Below, piece by piece: positions 45,713-54,476 of a stretch of 64,000 nucleotides of DNA. Location of the stretch: positions 3,750 to 67,749 of IMG/VR virus record IMGVR_UViG_3300041409_000267, one strand, 5' to 3'. Every line of letters begins with the position of its first letter. Position 1 is the stretch's first letter. A program made the position numbers and the translations under genes. The notes beneath the pieces were generated by a model. That model had not been told where the DNA came from. It did not search any database and was given only the letters and a program-made list of their open reading frames with translations. Origin of the DNA: a virus.

Positions 45713-46619
45713 TAAACTTGCCTCCATTCAGCGCACATGGGCATCCTTCGGCGGTACACGGCGCGCCGGGGGCTTTATGGTGAATTACTTGAATTCCATT
45801 GCACGCACATTTCGGCGGCTCCGCTTGGGGTACGCTGGTGGGGGCGGGTGGAAGTGGTTGCCAGTGCGTCACGTCTGAGCAGCTATAATCGGGGTTCGGA
45901 TAGTACAGTGTCGGCCAGCGCCCAGAACCTTTACTGAATATGCCAACACCCTGTCTTCCGTTGGCCGTGATTATCCAATACTGCCCAGACTTCTTCGGCA
46001 GGCCATCTTCCACGCTCACCCAGCCGTTCGCCTCCCCTGTGCTGGCTGGGGTCGCCAACTTCAAGGCTTTTCTCAGTTTTGCATGGAGCACGTATATCGG
46101 CGTGCATTCTGACCCTTCGTGGTTTTCGCAATCGCCTGAGCAGTCTTCACAATGAACGGGATGTTCCTGCAGAACGAGTACACCCTTGCAAACGTGGCAT
46201 GTCTCCATCGCGTCTAATAGCTCCGTGGCAGCATCAATCACGCTCTGAGGCGGCGAGCAGGCTGGGGTGATGAAGGGGCGGAGCGATTGCACAAGATATT
46301 CTTTGCTGCTTGCCCGTATCCACTGGCCTGTTACTGGATTTTCAGTTAATAGTTTCCGCGCGATCTCTTCCAGCTTCGGCGTTCCCTCGGGGGTAATTCT
46401 TTGAAACGATGCCCTGGTGCGATCCATGTAATATTGCGCGTCATCTTTGCAGAATGGGCCGAACTTCTGTCTTTCGCCGTTGCGTGGATCAGTGGCCCAA
46501 TAATGCCAAAATCCTTCGCGCTCCTCGAATAACTCCCAATCCTCCGGCCCCTCTCCGGCTACTGGGTTCGGCTCTGCGGGTTCGTGAAGCAACTCTTCTT
46601 GTTTTTTCAGATCACTCAT
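45702..46619 (-). CDS. Mosaic DUF551 (Eaa-like) protein
   Basis: WVSVEDGLP...VTHWQPLPPAP. Confidence 0.8.
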   Translation of the reverse strand: MSDLKKQEELLHEPAEPNPVAGEGPEDWELFEEREGFWHYWATDPRNGERQKFGPFCKDDAQYYMDRTRASFQRITPEGTPKLEEIARKLLTENPVTGQWIRASSKEYLVQSLRPFITPACSPPQSVIDAATELLDAMETCHVCKGVLVLQEHPVHCEDCSGDCENHEGSECTPIYVLHAKLRKALKLATPASTGEANGWVSVEDGLPKKSGQYWIITANGRQGVGIFSKGSGRWPTLYYPNPDYSCSDVTHWQPLPPAPTSVPQAEPPKCACNGIQVIHHKAPGAPCTAEGCPCALNGGKFNGN

Positions 46620-47727
46620 GGAATTGGATCTCCTTAGTTACGGTCTGACAGGCTCTTCCAGCCTGGAGTATGACCATTGCCGACACAATATCCCGCGACG
46701 CTACAAGGCCACATTCGGGACAACTATGCAGACGGTCACTTAGTTTCTTCGGAACGGAAGCACCACAGGTACAGGTTTGCGAAGTGCCTCTTGGATTCAC
46801 TTTCACGAAGACGCGCCCGGCACTCTCAGCCTTGTACGCTAGTTGCGAAAGAAAGGAACTCCATCCTGCATCGTGGATTGATTTGGCGAAACGGCCCTTT
46901 GCCATCCGCGATATTTTCAGGTCTTCGACGGCAATGAGCTGATTGGCGTTTACGACCTGGCGTGACAGTTTATGGTGAAAGTCGCTGCGCTGATTGCGAA
47001 CCGCAACGTGATGCCGCGCCACACGGGCTACGGCCTTACCCCGGCGCTCGCTGCCACGCTTGCAGCGTGATAGGTGACGCTGTGCTCTGCGGAGCTTCGC
47101 CTGTGCCTTACGGAAGAACTGCGGGGCTGCTACGGTTCTGCCATCGGAGAGGGCGACGAATGATGCCAGGCCAACGTCAATGCCACATTCGCCCGAAACA
47201 GCCGGCAGGGTATTAACTGCCACGTCGCAAACCAGAACCACAAACCAGTGCGAACCTTCCCGCTTAATCGTCGCTGTCTTTATTTTGCCCTCGATTGGCC
47301 GGTGCAGGTTGATGCGGATGAGAGGACAGCCCTGAAGGCGCAGCTTATCGCCGCTGACATCAAAGCCATTGCCATATTTGGGGTAGCTAATGCTGCTGAA
47401 TCTGCGTAGCGAGCGAAAACGCGGGGAACCATTCCCACGGCGGAAAAGGGATCGATAAGCGCGATCTAGTCGCTTCAGTACTTCTTCGGCGCACTGAAAA
47501 TTTGCGATTGCCAGAAGCCCTTGCGCCCGAAGTTCCTTGAGTTGCCGGGACTGCTCATAGAAGCTGACCGATTTACGGCAGGTCTTCCACGCCCCGCGGC
47601 GTTCCTCAAGAGCGCAGTTGTATAGGTCGCACGCTTCGCGGAGTTGTCCGGTGAGCCATTCCGCCTGGGCTTGATTGGGATAGAGGCGGTACTTTAGACT
47701 GCGCGGCTTGCTGCTATCGCTACTCAT
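46612..47727 (-). CDS. tnpB: TnpB-family RNA-guided endonuclease (IS200/IS605 OrfB)
   Basis: KYRLYPN, LYNCAL, RuvC-I GIDVG, RuvC-II VEDL, TSQTC..C / CPEC zinc finger, RuvC-III RDIVSA. Confidence 0.95.
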   Translation of the reverse strand: MSSDSSKPRSLKYRLYPNQAQAEWLTGQLREACDLYNCALEERRGAWKTCRKSVSFYEQSRQLKELRAQGLLAIANFQCAEEVLKRLDRAYRSLFRRGNGSPRFRSLRRFSSISYPKYGNGFDVSGDKLRLQGCPLIRINLHRPIEGKIKTATIKREGSHWFVVLVCDVAVNTLPAVSGECGIDVGLASFVALSDGRTVAAPQFFRKAQAKLRRAQRHLSRCKRGSERRGKAVARVARHHVAVRNQRSDFHHKLSRQVVNANQLIAVEDLKISRMAKGRFAKSIHDAGWSSFLSQLAYKAESAGRVFVKVNPRGTSQTCTCGASVPKKLSDRLHSCPECGLVASRDIVSAMVILQAGRACQTVTKEIQFHE

Positions 47728-47899
47728 GGGCGTCAACCTTTCTGCATCCACATGTTGGCTCCAGTGTGTCGCCAGCATGATCTTCCAGCACATTACCGTG
47801 TGGGCATCTCGGCAATGGATAATAAGTTTCTGCGAACTCAATCGCATCCTTCAACCGTTGAATTGCGGCCCGCTCTCTCCGCTCTTGTGTCGCGCTCAT
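47720..47899 (-). CDS. 59-aa hypothetical protein (not in the ORF track)
   Basis: MSATQERRERAAIQRLKDAIEFAETYYPLPRCPHG...CGCRKVDAHE; AGGGGG RBS; stop overlaps the tnpB start. Confidence 0.6.
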   Translation of the reverse strand: MSATQERRERAAIQRLKDAIEFAETYYPLPRCPHGNVLEDHAGDTLEPTCGCRKVDAHE

Positions 47900-48054
47900 G
47901 GGGTCCCCCTAGCGGGGGCTAAATACTGGCAGCCATTGGCATTGCACTTGCTCCGCTCAACACACATCACATCCGTCATCCTGGTTGAACGGGAGCGGAC
48001 AGACGGCGGAGAAGTTCCTGCCGATAGTCAAACCAAATGTCCCCGCGTTCTGTT

Positions 48055-48354
48055 CTAAACTTGCTCAGCAATTTGTTCATTATCCATAGCGGAAGCGGTT
48101 GCGGGTTCGTAAGTTTCGGCAAATATGTCTGGTTTGCATGGGTAGCGTTCGCCTTGAACGCCAGTGATGATCCAATCGCCAGCCGTTACATCTTGGCAGG
48201 CTTCAATCGTCCGGATTACTGGTTTGCGTCCAATCTCCCCCGGCGGCCAGTACACTACCCCGCCAACCTCTCCCATGTGTGGGAACCATTGGAACGCCTT
48301 AACAACCACTGGCTTCTTTCTGAATTGCTTCTCCATAGCGGACACGTCTTTCAT
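48055..48354 (-). CDS. Conserved phage protein (RKKPVV...GDWII.GV.GE.YPCKPDIF family)
   Basis: Signature motifs of a widespread uncharacterised phage family. Confidence 0.8.
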   Translation of the reverse strand: MKDVSAMEKQFRKKPVVVKAFQWFPHMGEVGGVVYWPPGEIGRKPVIRTIEACQDVTAGDWIITGVQGERYPCKPDIFAETYEPATASAMDNEQIAEQV

Positions 48355-48471
48355 CTCGTCACCCCCAAAATCTAAAAATCTTTTTCATCTACAGTGCATG
48401 GCCCGTGGTTCGCCTGGCTCGGGGTCCCTGCCCGCAATCAGCCGTGCTCCGTGGCTACTTCGCTGGTGCGC

Positions 48472-49527
48472 TCAAAACAACTTCAACCCAGCCAGCGCAA
48501 GGAACTGCGATTCCATCTGTGTACGCTCGTCGCGGTCATTCCATGTGCAAATCTGTACCGCTGGGAAAACCTTTCCAGTTGCGGCAGCCTTGTTGATTTC
48601 GTCAATGCACATCTGCCACTGGCCGTAAGGGATCTTCCGTGCTGGCGCAGTCTTGTCCCATATCGAATGCGCTGGATCGTTCGGGTTGTGGTCATCAAAG
48701 CCGTCAAAGATGCACGGAATCTGGATAGCGTCTTTTTTGGCGAGATAAGATTCCATGTACTGCCGCGGTGCGTCCGGCGAGCCGAAACCGTTCACCCAGG
48801 CATAGCTGCCGGAGCAATTTGCGGGAACCGAGTATTGCGACAGTACCGTCAGGTCAGGATTAGCTTTTGCAAAAGCCGACACGTCCATCTTCGCGTTGGA
48901 CCAGCCAAATTCCCAGATGACCGGCTTGCCGGCAATATTCGTGTAGTTCGGCATCGGAAGATACTTCTGCCGGATGTAGGCCAGCGCGGAGTTGAGAACC
49001 GAGATGTGGTCGCCGGTAGCCCATTTAAACGTGCCTGAGTCGATCATGATGGAAAACTCCATCCCAAGGGCAGCGCAGGCAGGAGCAAGCAGTTTTGTGA
49101 ATCTGTCGGTAGGCCTGGCGAAGTCATTAGCATCAGGGCCGTACCAGTCAACCACGAAGCCGTCTATTCCTACCGCATGGGCCGCAAGAACTTGATTGCG
49201 CACCGTTCGCGGATCGTCAGACTGGCAGACGTTCGCCATGTGCTTTGTACCGTCGGCGCCGTTAAACCATCCCTGGCAGTTGGCCAGCAGTTTTGTTCCT
49301 GCCGGTAGCTTCGATTTGAGATTAAAGAACGTGCCCTGCGCTGCAAGCTGCTGCTGCGCTTTCAAGAGTTGCGCGGCAAGCGATTGATCGTCGGCAGTGA
49401 CCACGGCGAGTTGACCGGTCAGCGCTTGTACCCGACTGTTAAGTGAGTCGATGGTGGCTTTGTCTTGGACTTGCGTGTTATCGAGTGCCGTTGCGTTGTC
49501 GATGATCGTCTGGGATTGCTGGTTCAT
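48472..49527 (-). CDS. Glycoside hydrolase, GH71/GH99-like TIM barrel with N-terminal coiled coil
   Basis: QGWF...SDDP..VRNQV..A...GIDGFVVDWYG...GKPVIWEFG...GFDD...QICTWND. Confidence 0.75.
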   Translation of the reverse strand: MNQQSQTIIDNATALDNTQVQDKATIDSLNSRVQALTGQLAVVTADDQSLAAQLLKAQQQLAAQGTFFNLKSKLPAGTKLLANCQGWFNGADGTKHMANVCQSDDPRTVRNQVLAAHAVGIDGFVVDWYGPDANDFARPTDRFTKLLAPACAALGMEFSIMIDSGTFKWATGDHISVLNSALAYIRQKYLPMPNYTNIAGKPVIWEFGWSNAKMDVSAFAKANPDLTVLSQYSVPANCSGSYAWVNGFGSPDAPRQYMESYLAKKDAIQIPCIFDGFDDHNPNDPAHSIWDKTAPARKIPYGQWQMCIDEINKAAATGKVFPAVQICTWNDRDERTQMESQFLALAGLKLF

Positions 49528-50129
49528 GCTGCTCCTTTTTCTGTGGGACTGACGTGTTCCGCAAGTACTGGGTTCTGGGTACCTACCCTGTCGTCACCGT
49601 TTCTTGTGGCTGCTCTACGGGTGTTGAGTTGGAATGGTTCTACGATCGCGCCTGCGATTCCTGACCGTTGGAGAATCGTCGCATCGCTATTGCTGTAGGC
49701 AATCAGAACCGAAGGACCGCCAGCGTTGTATGCCGATCGGCTTCCGTCTGGTAGATAGAAATTCAATCTTCCTTTGAGAAACAGCAGCGCCTTGGCGAAC
49801 GGCCAAATCCAGGTCTGCCAGAAATCGGTTTCCGTCCTCGCGAATGTGAGTGCAATGCCGCTACCGTGTTGAGCCATGTGCTCCATCCACGGCCCGATCT
49901 TGTCGCCATAGGGTGGATTCAGCCATACTCGGCCAACCCAATCCGCGGTAAGTCCGTTTTGTGGAAGTGCGATGTGGTGTCTGGCCGTAGGGAATGGACG
50001 GGGCTCAGGGCATGCGCACGGATCCAGGTCAAATTCACCGAGCGGGTGCAGCAGTTGCGGAGGTGTCAGCCACAACTCGTGACGGCCATTGTTGGCCATC
50101 GTGTGACCGCCGATCCCTTTGCGGTTCAT
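49524..50129 (-). CDS. Phage DNA N6-adenine methyltransferase (Dam family)
   Basis: WLTPP...FDLDPC...VWLNPPYG...ARTET...GRLNF. Confidence 0.9.
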   Translation of the reverse strand: MNRKGIGGHTMANNGRHELWLTPPQLLHPLGEFDLDPCACPEPRPFPTARHHIALPQNGLTADWVGRVWLNPPYGDKIGPWMEHMAQHGSGIALTFARTETDFWQTWIWPFAKALLFLKGRLNFYLPDGSRSAYNAGGPSVLIAYSNSDATILQRSGIAGAIVEPFQLNTRRAATRNGDDRVGTQNPVLAEHVSPTEKGAA

Positions 50130-50332
50130 GCTGCTTTCTCCTTCGCCTGTAACTGTTTTGCTCTGGCCTTCAAACACAATCTGCTTCCGGTGTGAATCTT
50201 CAAACTTCCTCGCAGTAAGCCGCAAAGAGGACACGGTAAAATCTGCGGGCGAGGGCCGCGTCCATTGGTCATTGCCTCTGGCGCTTGCGCGTAATACCTC
50301 GCCCCGATTTTGCCGAACCCCTGTGACGTCAC
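50126..50332 (-). CDS. Small zinc-finger protein
   Basis: CPLC...H....C; coupled at both ends. Confidence 0.55.
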   Translation of the reverse strand: MTSQGFGKIGARYYAQAPEAMTNGRGPRPQILPCPLCGLLRGSLKIHTGSRLCLKARAKQLQAKEKAA

Positions 50333-50784
50333 GCTGCTGTTGCCTGTGTCCCTTCTGCTGCCGGTGGTTCGATCACGTCTGCCGGTACGTCCGTTGCTGC
50401 CGCCTCGACTGCTGGCTGCTCATCCTTGAACGGCAGAATCTCCTGCAGTTCACCGTGACTCATGGCCGCGACTTTAACGATCTCGCCGGTGTCCAGCCGC
50501 ACGATGGTTTTCTGTGCCGGTGATGGGTCGTGGTAAAGAACCCTGCATTCGATGTTTCGGTACTCGTATCCGCTGTTGAACCTTCTGGCGAGTGAACTGG
50601 TTTCAGCCCGAAGGCTGGCTATGCGTTCGCCGAACTGAGCGACGACCGCCTTTTTTGATTCCTCGGCTTCTGACATTTCCGAAGTCTTGCGCGCCAGGTC
50701 GGTTGCGAATTCCTTCATCTCTGGTTCGCTGAACACGTACTTCAGAAACTCTTTTACGATTGCACTGCGATTGGTATCTGCCAT
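50329..50784 (-). CDS. Conserved coiled-coil hypothetical protein
   Basis: GAGG RBS; VRLDTGEIV motif. Confidence 0.7.
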   Translation of the reverse strand: MADTNRSAIVKEFLKYVFSEPEMKEFATDLARKTSEMSEAEESKKAVVAQFGERIASLRAETSSLARRFNSGYEYRNIECRVLYHDPSPAQKTIVRLDTGEIVKVAAMSHGELQEILPFKDEQPAVEAAATDVPADVIEPPAAEGTQATAA

Positions 50785-50801
50785 TTCGTTTCCTCTCTCG
50801 G

Positions 50802-51317
50802 TTAAAAGTTGTTGTCTGCTTCTGGAATTCTTGCCGCTGCTCGTACCGGTGATGCACCGATTGCGCGCGCCAGTAACTCAGGCACGCTGGCCGCGTACTC
50901 TCTGACCTCCAATTCCACGCGCTCCGGAAGGCCGTAATCTTTCCTCGCGTTTATGTTGATTACCTGGGCATCGTCGTTGAAGATGATTCCCGTGAGCGAA
51001 TCTTCGGCAGCGCGAACCAACTTGCTCAGGTCGGGCTTGACCACGTGGCATGTGCGCTTCTTCGGGACTGACGGCGGGCGCGCGAAGTAAAAAGTGAATG
51101 ACACTTCTACCGGCTCGTGCTTCATAAAAACCAGATCACCGAACCCAGCAGCGGTCCGCGCGTTCATTGCAGCTTTTGACACTTCCTGCCGAAAAGACTT
51201 CAGGTCTTTGTTGTCGCTGGTAAGTACCGGACGCTTCCAGCCCTTCGGTGTGAAGGCGCGCACCGAACCTTGTGGCTCGGGAGTGCAGTAAACGCAGAGG
51301 GAGATGCGGCGGGTCAC
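50802..51317 (-). CDS. rusA: RusA-family Holliday junction resolvase
   Basis: PEPQGS...KPDLSKLVRAAEDSLTGIIFNDDAQV. Confidence 0.9.
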   Translation of the reverse strand: MTRRISLCVYCTPEPQGSVRAFTPKGWKRPVLTSDNKDLKSFRQEVSKAAMNARTAAGFGDLVFMKHEPVEVSFTFYFARPPSVPKKRTCHVVKPDLSKLVRAAEDSLTGIIFNDDAQVININARKDYGLPERVELEVREYAASVPELLARAIGASPVRAAARIPEADNNF

Positions 51318-52339
51318 GCTGCGGCCTCCGCTCTCTGCTGCGGATACTCGCTGTGCTCGAATCCGTCCAGCTTGCGGCCGGCCGCTTTCTTGCCGATCCT
51401 TCCCATCCATGCCCCGCCGTTCTTTTTCCACCCAGTTTCGACCATGCCGTTTGATTCGCGCCCGGAGCGATAGCCAGCGCCGAACGTTTTTCCATCAGCG
51501 CTGAAGATGAGATCGTGAGTTGATTTCTCGTGAAGCTCGGAACCGTCAGGCTCGTTTGTGAGGTCTGCAAATTCTCCCCACTGCTTAAAGAAAAACGCCA
51601 CGCCAGCGGCTTTGCATTGATCTCTCAGGCTGCGCGCCCAATCCGGATGCATCGGTCTTGCCCCTGGCCCTGATTCGCCTCCAGCAACTACCCAGTTGAG
51701 CCCAGGCCACGGCTGGCCGCTCGGGGACTTGACTGGCTCAAGCAGAGTAAAACCGCCGCGATGAAGATCAATCGGCCCCAGCAGCGGCTCTGCGCTGATC
51801 CACCGCGTCGCTGCCGGTGTCTGCAAGAGCAAGGGGATGCGCTCGTCGGCGGTAGCTTGGTTCTCGCAGGAAACACCGAGCCAGATATGCTTCTGCGGCC
51901 ACGTGTTCGGATAGAGAGGGCCAAAATCCCGCGTCATTGAATTCCACCGCGAAAGAAATTCCAGCATCCGCTTCGGTCGCTTCGTCAGTACCTGGAACAC
52001 GTGCTGCTTGGCTTGGCACATCACTTTGAAAATCTTCTGAACGCACTCGTCGCTTAGTTGCTCATGAAACAAATCGCTCATCGAGTTCACGAAGATTCGC
52101 CGCGGCTCTTTCCATTTGAGTGGATCGTTCAGATGTTTTTCGACAAAGGCCACCTTGCCGGTCCATTGCGGGTGCCCGTTGGTGATCTTCGCCAGCCCGT
52201 CATAGGCCTGCCCTTTGCCGCTAAACCGAATCGCCACCCGTTCGGCGTAACAGTTGCGACAGCCATCGCTTACGCGCGTACAGCCACGTATCGGATTCCA
52301 GGTTGCATCCGTCCATTCGATACTTGAGTTCTGCGCCAT
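51314..52339 (-). CDS. Phage Gp37/Gp68 (DUF5131) radical-SAM-like protein
   Basis: IEWTDATWNPIRGCTRVSDGCRNCYAE, FVNSMSDLFHE, GGESGPGARP, FFFKQWG. Confidence 0.92.
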   Translation of the reverse strand: MAQNSSIEWTDATWNPIRGCTRVSDGCRNCYAERVAIRFSGKGQAYDGLAKITNGHPQWTGKVAFVEKHLNDPLKWKEPRRIFVNSMSDLFHEQLSDECVQKIFKVMCQAKQHVFQVLTKRPKRMLEFLSRWNSMTRDFGPLYPNTWPQKHIWLGVSCENQATADERIPLLLQTPAATRWISAEPLLGPIDLHRGGFTLLEPVKSPSGQPWPGLNWVVAGGESGPGARPMHPDWARSLRDQCKAAGVAFFFKQWGEFADLTNEPDGSELHEKSTHDLIFSADGKTFGAGYRSGRESNGMVETGWKKNGGAWMGRIGKKAAGRKLDGFEHSEYPQQRAEAAA

Positions 52340-52680
52340 CACGCTACCGCCCTTCTTCCTGCTCCGCTCGTTCGCACCGGGAACCTGCCCGATAGTTGCC
52401 GCCGTGGATCCCACTCGGCTGGGCTGAGTCTCAACTCGGCAATAGTCCGGCTGAGAGTATTTCTGTGAATATTCAACTCCCTTGCTGCTCGGCACTGATT
52501 ACCGTTACAGGCCCGCAGAACGTGGACGATGAATCTCTTTTTTGCTTCGCGGACAAATTCTGAATAGAAAATCCCGTTTGAATACGTTTCGGCAATCAGC
52601 ACCGCTAACTGGTCTTGGGTTTGAAACGGGCGCTGGGTTGACATTTCATTTTCGTTGGCTGGTCTGGTAGATTGGTTCAT
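52339..52680 (-). CDS. Fis-family HTH protein
   Basis: GIFYSEFVREAKKRFI..VL...NGNQCRAARELNIHRNTLSRTI. Confidence 0.85.
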   Translation of the reverse strand: MNQSTRPANENEMSTQRPFQTQDQLAVLIAETYSNGIFYSEFVREAKKRFIVHVLRACNGNQCRAARELNIHRNTLSRTIAELRLSPAEWDPRRQLSGRFPVRTSGAGRRAVA

Positions 52681-52743
52681 GTAACGTCCTTTCTCGGATT
52701 CGCAAATGAGCGCGGCTGCTGAACACAGTTCGCGCTCGGTTTT

Positions 52744-52959
52744 TTACTCTGGGAAATTGCTTTGGTTCGGATCGTCCAACTGTTTCCGCAAGGTAGCTAC
52801 AACCCACTCCGCATCGCTTCGTGAAAGCTGAAGTTCGGAATTGAAGTTAAATGGGCTTCCCTGGTGGACAGTGAAGCGAATGCCTTCGTCGGGATATCCA
52901 ATCCGGCCGATAATCAGGCCCATCCCTTTCGCAAGCGTTAAATCCTTGTAGTCACTCAT
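52744..52959 (-). CDS. Hypothetical protein
   Basis: ATGA-coupled ORF (MSDYKDL...). Confidence 0.55.
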   Translation of the reverse strand: MSDYKDLTLAKGMGLIIGRIGYPDEGIRFTVHQGSPFNFNSELQLSRSDAEWVVATLRKQLDDPNQSNFPE

Positions 52960-53174
52960 TTCGGTTGCACCTGATTTACCAGTGCGGCCCATTCCTGTTC
53001 GCTGCACATCTCCACATTGCGAACACGAAGACCTCGGTATCCCGTTTCGCAATTCGGGCTATTGGTCCTGTGGTCGCCTTCGAGTTTGTAGAGCACATCG
53101 AAAACTCCATCATGGTCACCGTGCTCTACCGCGCCGGAGTACCGGCAATCAGGGCAAAAATATTGCTGCGTCAT
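52956..53174 (-). CDS. Zinc-finger hypothetical protein
   Basis: CPDC...H...C. Confidence 0.6.
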   Translation of the reverse strand: MTQQYFCPDCRYSGAVEHGDHDGVFDVLYKLEGDHRTNSPNCETGYRGLRVRNVEMCSEQEWAALVNQVQPK

Positions 53175-53611
53175 TTCGTTTTCTCTCCAGTCGGTAACAG
53201 GAACCGCGGATTCGAAACCACGGCCTCATGTAGTTTTGGCAAGATGTGTTCCGCGATCGTTCGTCCGTCATGCGTCACTACGTACGGCATGATGATTTCT
53301 TCTATCGCCAGCACACCGGAATCGGCCGCTTCAAACATCGCCTTTAGGTGCCAGTGGAGAACGCGCCAGACTCGTCGCTGCTCCTGCTCGATGCCTTTGT
53401 TTTGGATTTTGTAACCGCGCGAATCTTTCTCCCGGCAGTGAGCCAGAACACGGATGTGGTACGGCTTCGACTGAAGCGTTACCAGGGCTTCAAAGCCTTC
53501 CATGGGTGGTTGGCTGATGGTCATAACGCCGGTGCCTTTGTGCTCGTAGATCATCTTGCGAATCTGCTCTTGCGACCGCGAGATGGGTACTTCCGTGCCT
53601 TCGTATGCCAT
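53171..53611 (-). CDS. Conserved phage hypothetical protein
   Basis: YEGTEVPISRSQEQI...VWRVLHWHLKA...DGRTIAE. Confidence 0.75.
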   Translation of the reverse strand: MAYEGTEVPISRSQEQIRKMIYEHKGTGVMTISQPPMEGFEALVTLQSKPYHIRVLAHCREKDSRGYKIQNKGIEQEQRRVWRVLHWHLKAMFEAADSGVLAIEEIIMPYVVTHDGRTIAEHILPKLHEAVVSNPRFLLPTGEKTK

Positions 53612-53804
53612 CAGGCTTTTTCCTCCGGTGCTTTCTGCAATCGGTCAAGGCACTCACGGCAAATTCTCTTGCGGCTCTCGCTCAATTTGTCCCAGAAATC
53701 CATTGAGCCACCGCCCTGCTGCGAATACTCATGGCCCCAAAGCCACATCGCAATTACCGCTGGCTTGTGAGGATTTAGATTTCGTTGGACACGTTCTTTT
53801 TCCG

Positions 53805-54476
53805 TCACGGTCTCTCCTCGCGTGGTGTGAACTTCTCGGCTAGTGCAACCGCTTCGGCTTTCTTGGCTGCCAGTTCTGAATCTGACGGGCTGTAGGCTGA
53901 AGGAAACGGCTTCCCGGCACTGTCGATACCAGGCAGCTTCTTTTCTAATCTCTCGAAAAGCTCTTTGTCTGGAATCTCCGGCGCCGCGGCCAACTGTTTC
54001 ATCGGCGGTGTATATACATTGCCGTCGTACTCGATTCGAACGCAGTAGCAATCAGTCATGGCGCGAAACTTTCTGCCTGGGCGATTCGGGTTCTCCTGTT
54101 CAACCGGACGAAAGCCGGTCCCATTGCAGTCAGCACACTTGGGATTTTTAGTCTTCCGTGGTTTGTCGTTGGCCTCCGGTGCGCTGCCGATGATGTCTGC
54201 CGGAGCCGGTTTAAAATTTCCTCGCTCCGACGCCATGTACCGGACCACCCCTTCGCGCATCTGTGCCGGCGAAAGGTCTTTCAGGGTTTCCTTCCACACG
54301 CGAGCCAGGGGGGTCGGAGCCATTTGTCCGTTCGACTTCTGCGACAACTCCATTCCGTACTGCTCCGCGATCGTGTCCATGATTTCCATGAATGCGATCT
54401 CCCAATGTGAGAGATACAAGCGCTTCACGATTTCTAGTTCGCTTTTCGAGTTGCCGACTTGTATATCCGTTGCCAT
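53805..54476 (-). CDS. Replication protein (helicase-loader/inhibitor-like)
   Basis: W...LKDLS...FKPAPADII motif plus CADCNGTGF; follows the initiator gene. Confidence 0.6.
   Translation of the reverse strand: MATDIQVGNSKSELEIVKRLYLSHWEIAFMEIMDTIAEQYGMELSQKSNGQMAPTPLARVWKETLKDLSPAQMREGVVRYMASERGNFKPAPADIIGSAPEANDKPRKTKNPKCADCNGTGFRPVEQENPNRPGRKFRAMTDCYCVRIEYDGNVYTPPMKQLAAAPEIPDKELFERLEKKLPGIDSAGKPFPSAYSPSDSELAAKKAEAVALAEKFTPREERP

Noticed and set aside
46560-46615. Alternative omegaRNA end GAAGAGTTGCTTCAC with guide GAACCCGCAGAG...
   Set aside because: Lies in normal-looking coding sequence; the best match noticed in the window (3541) is only 8 nt
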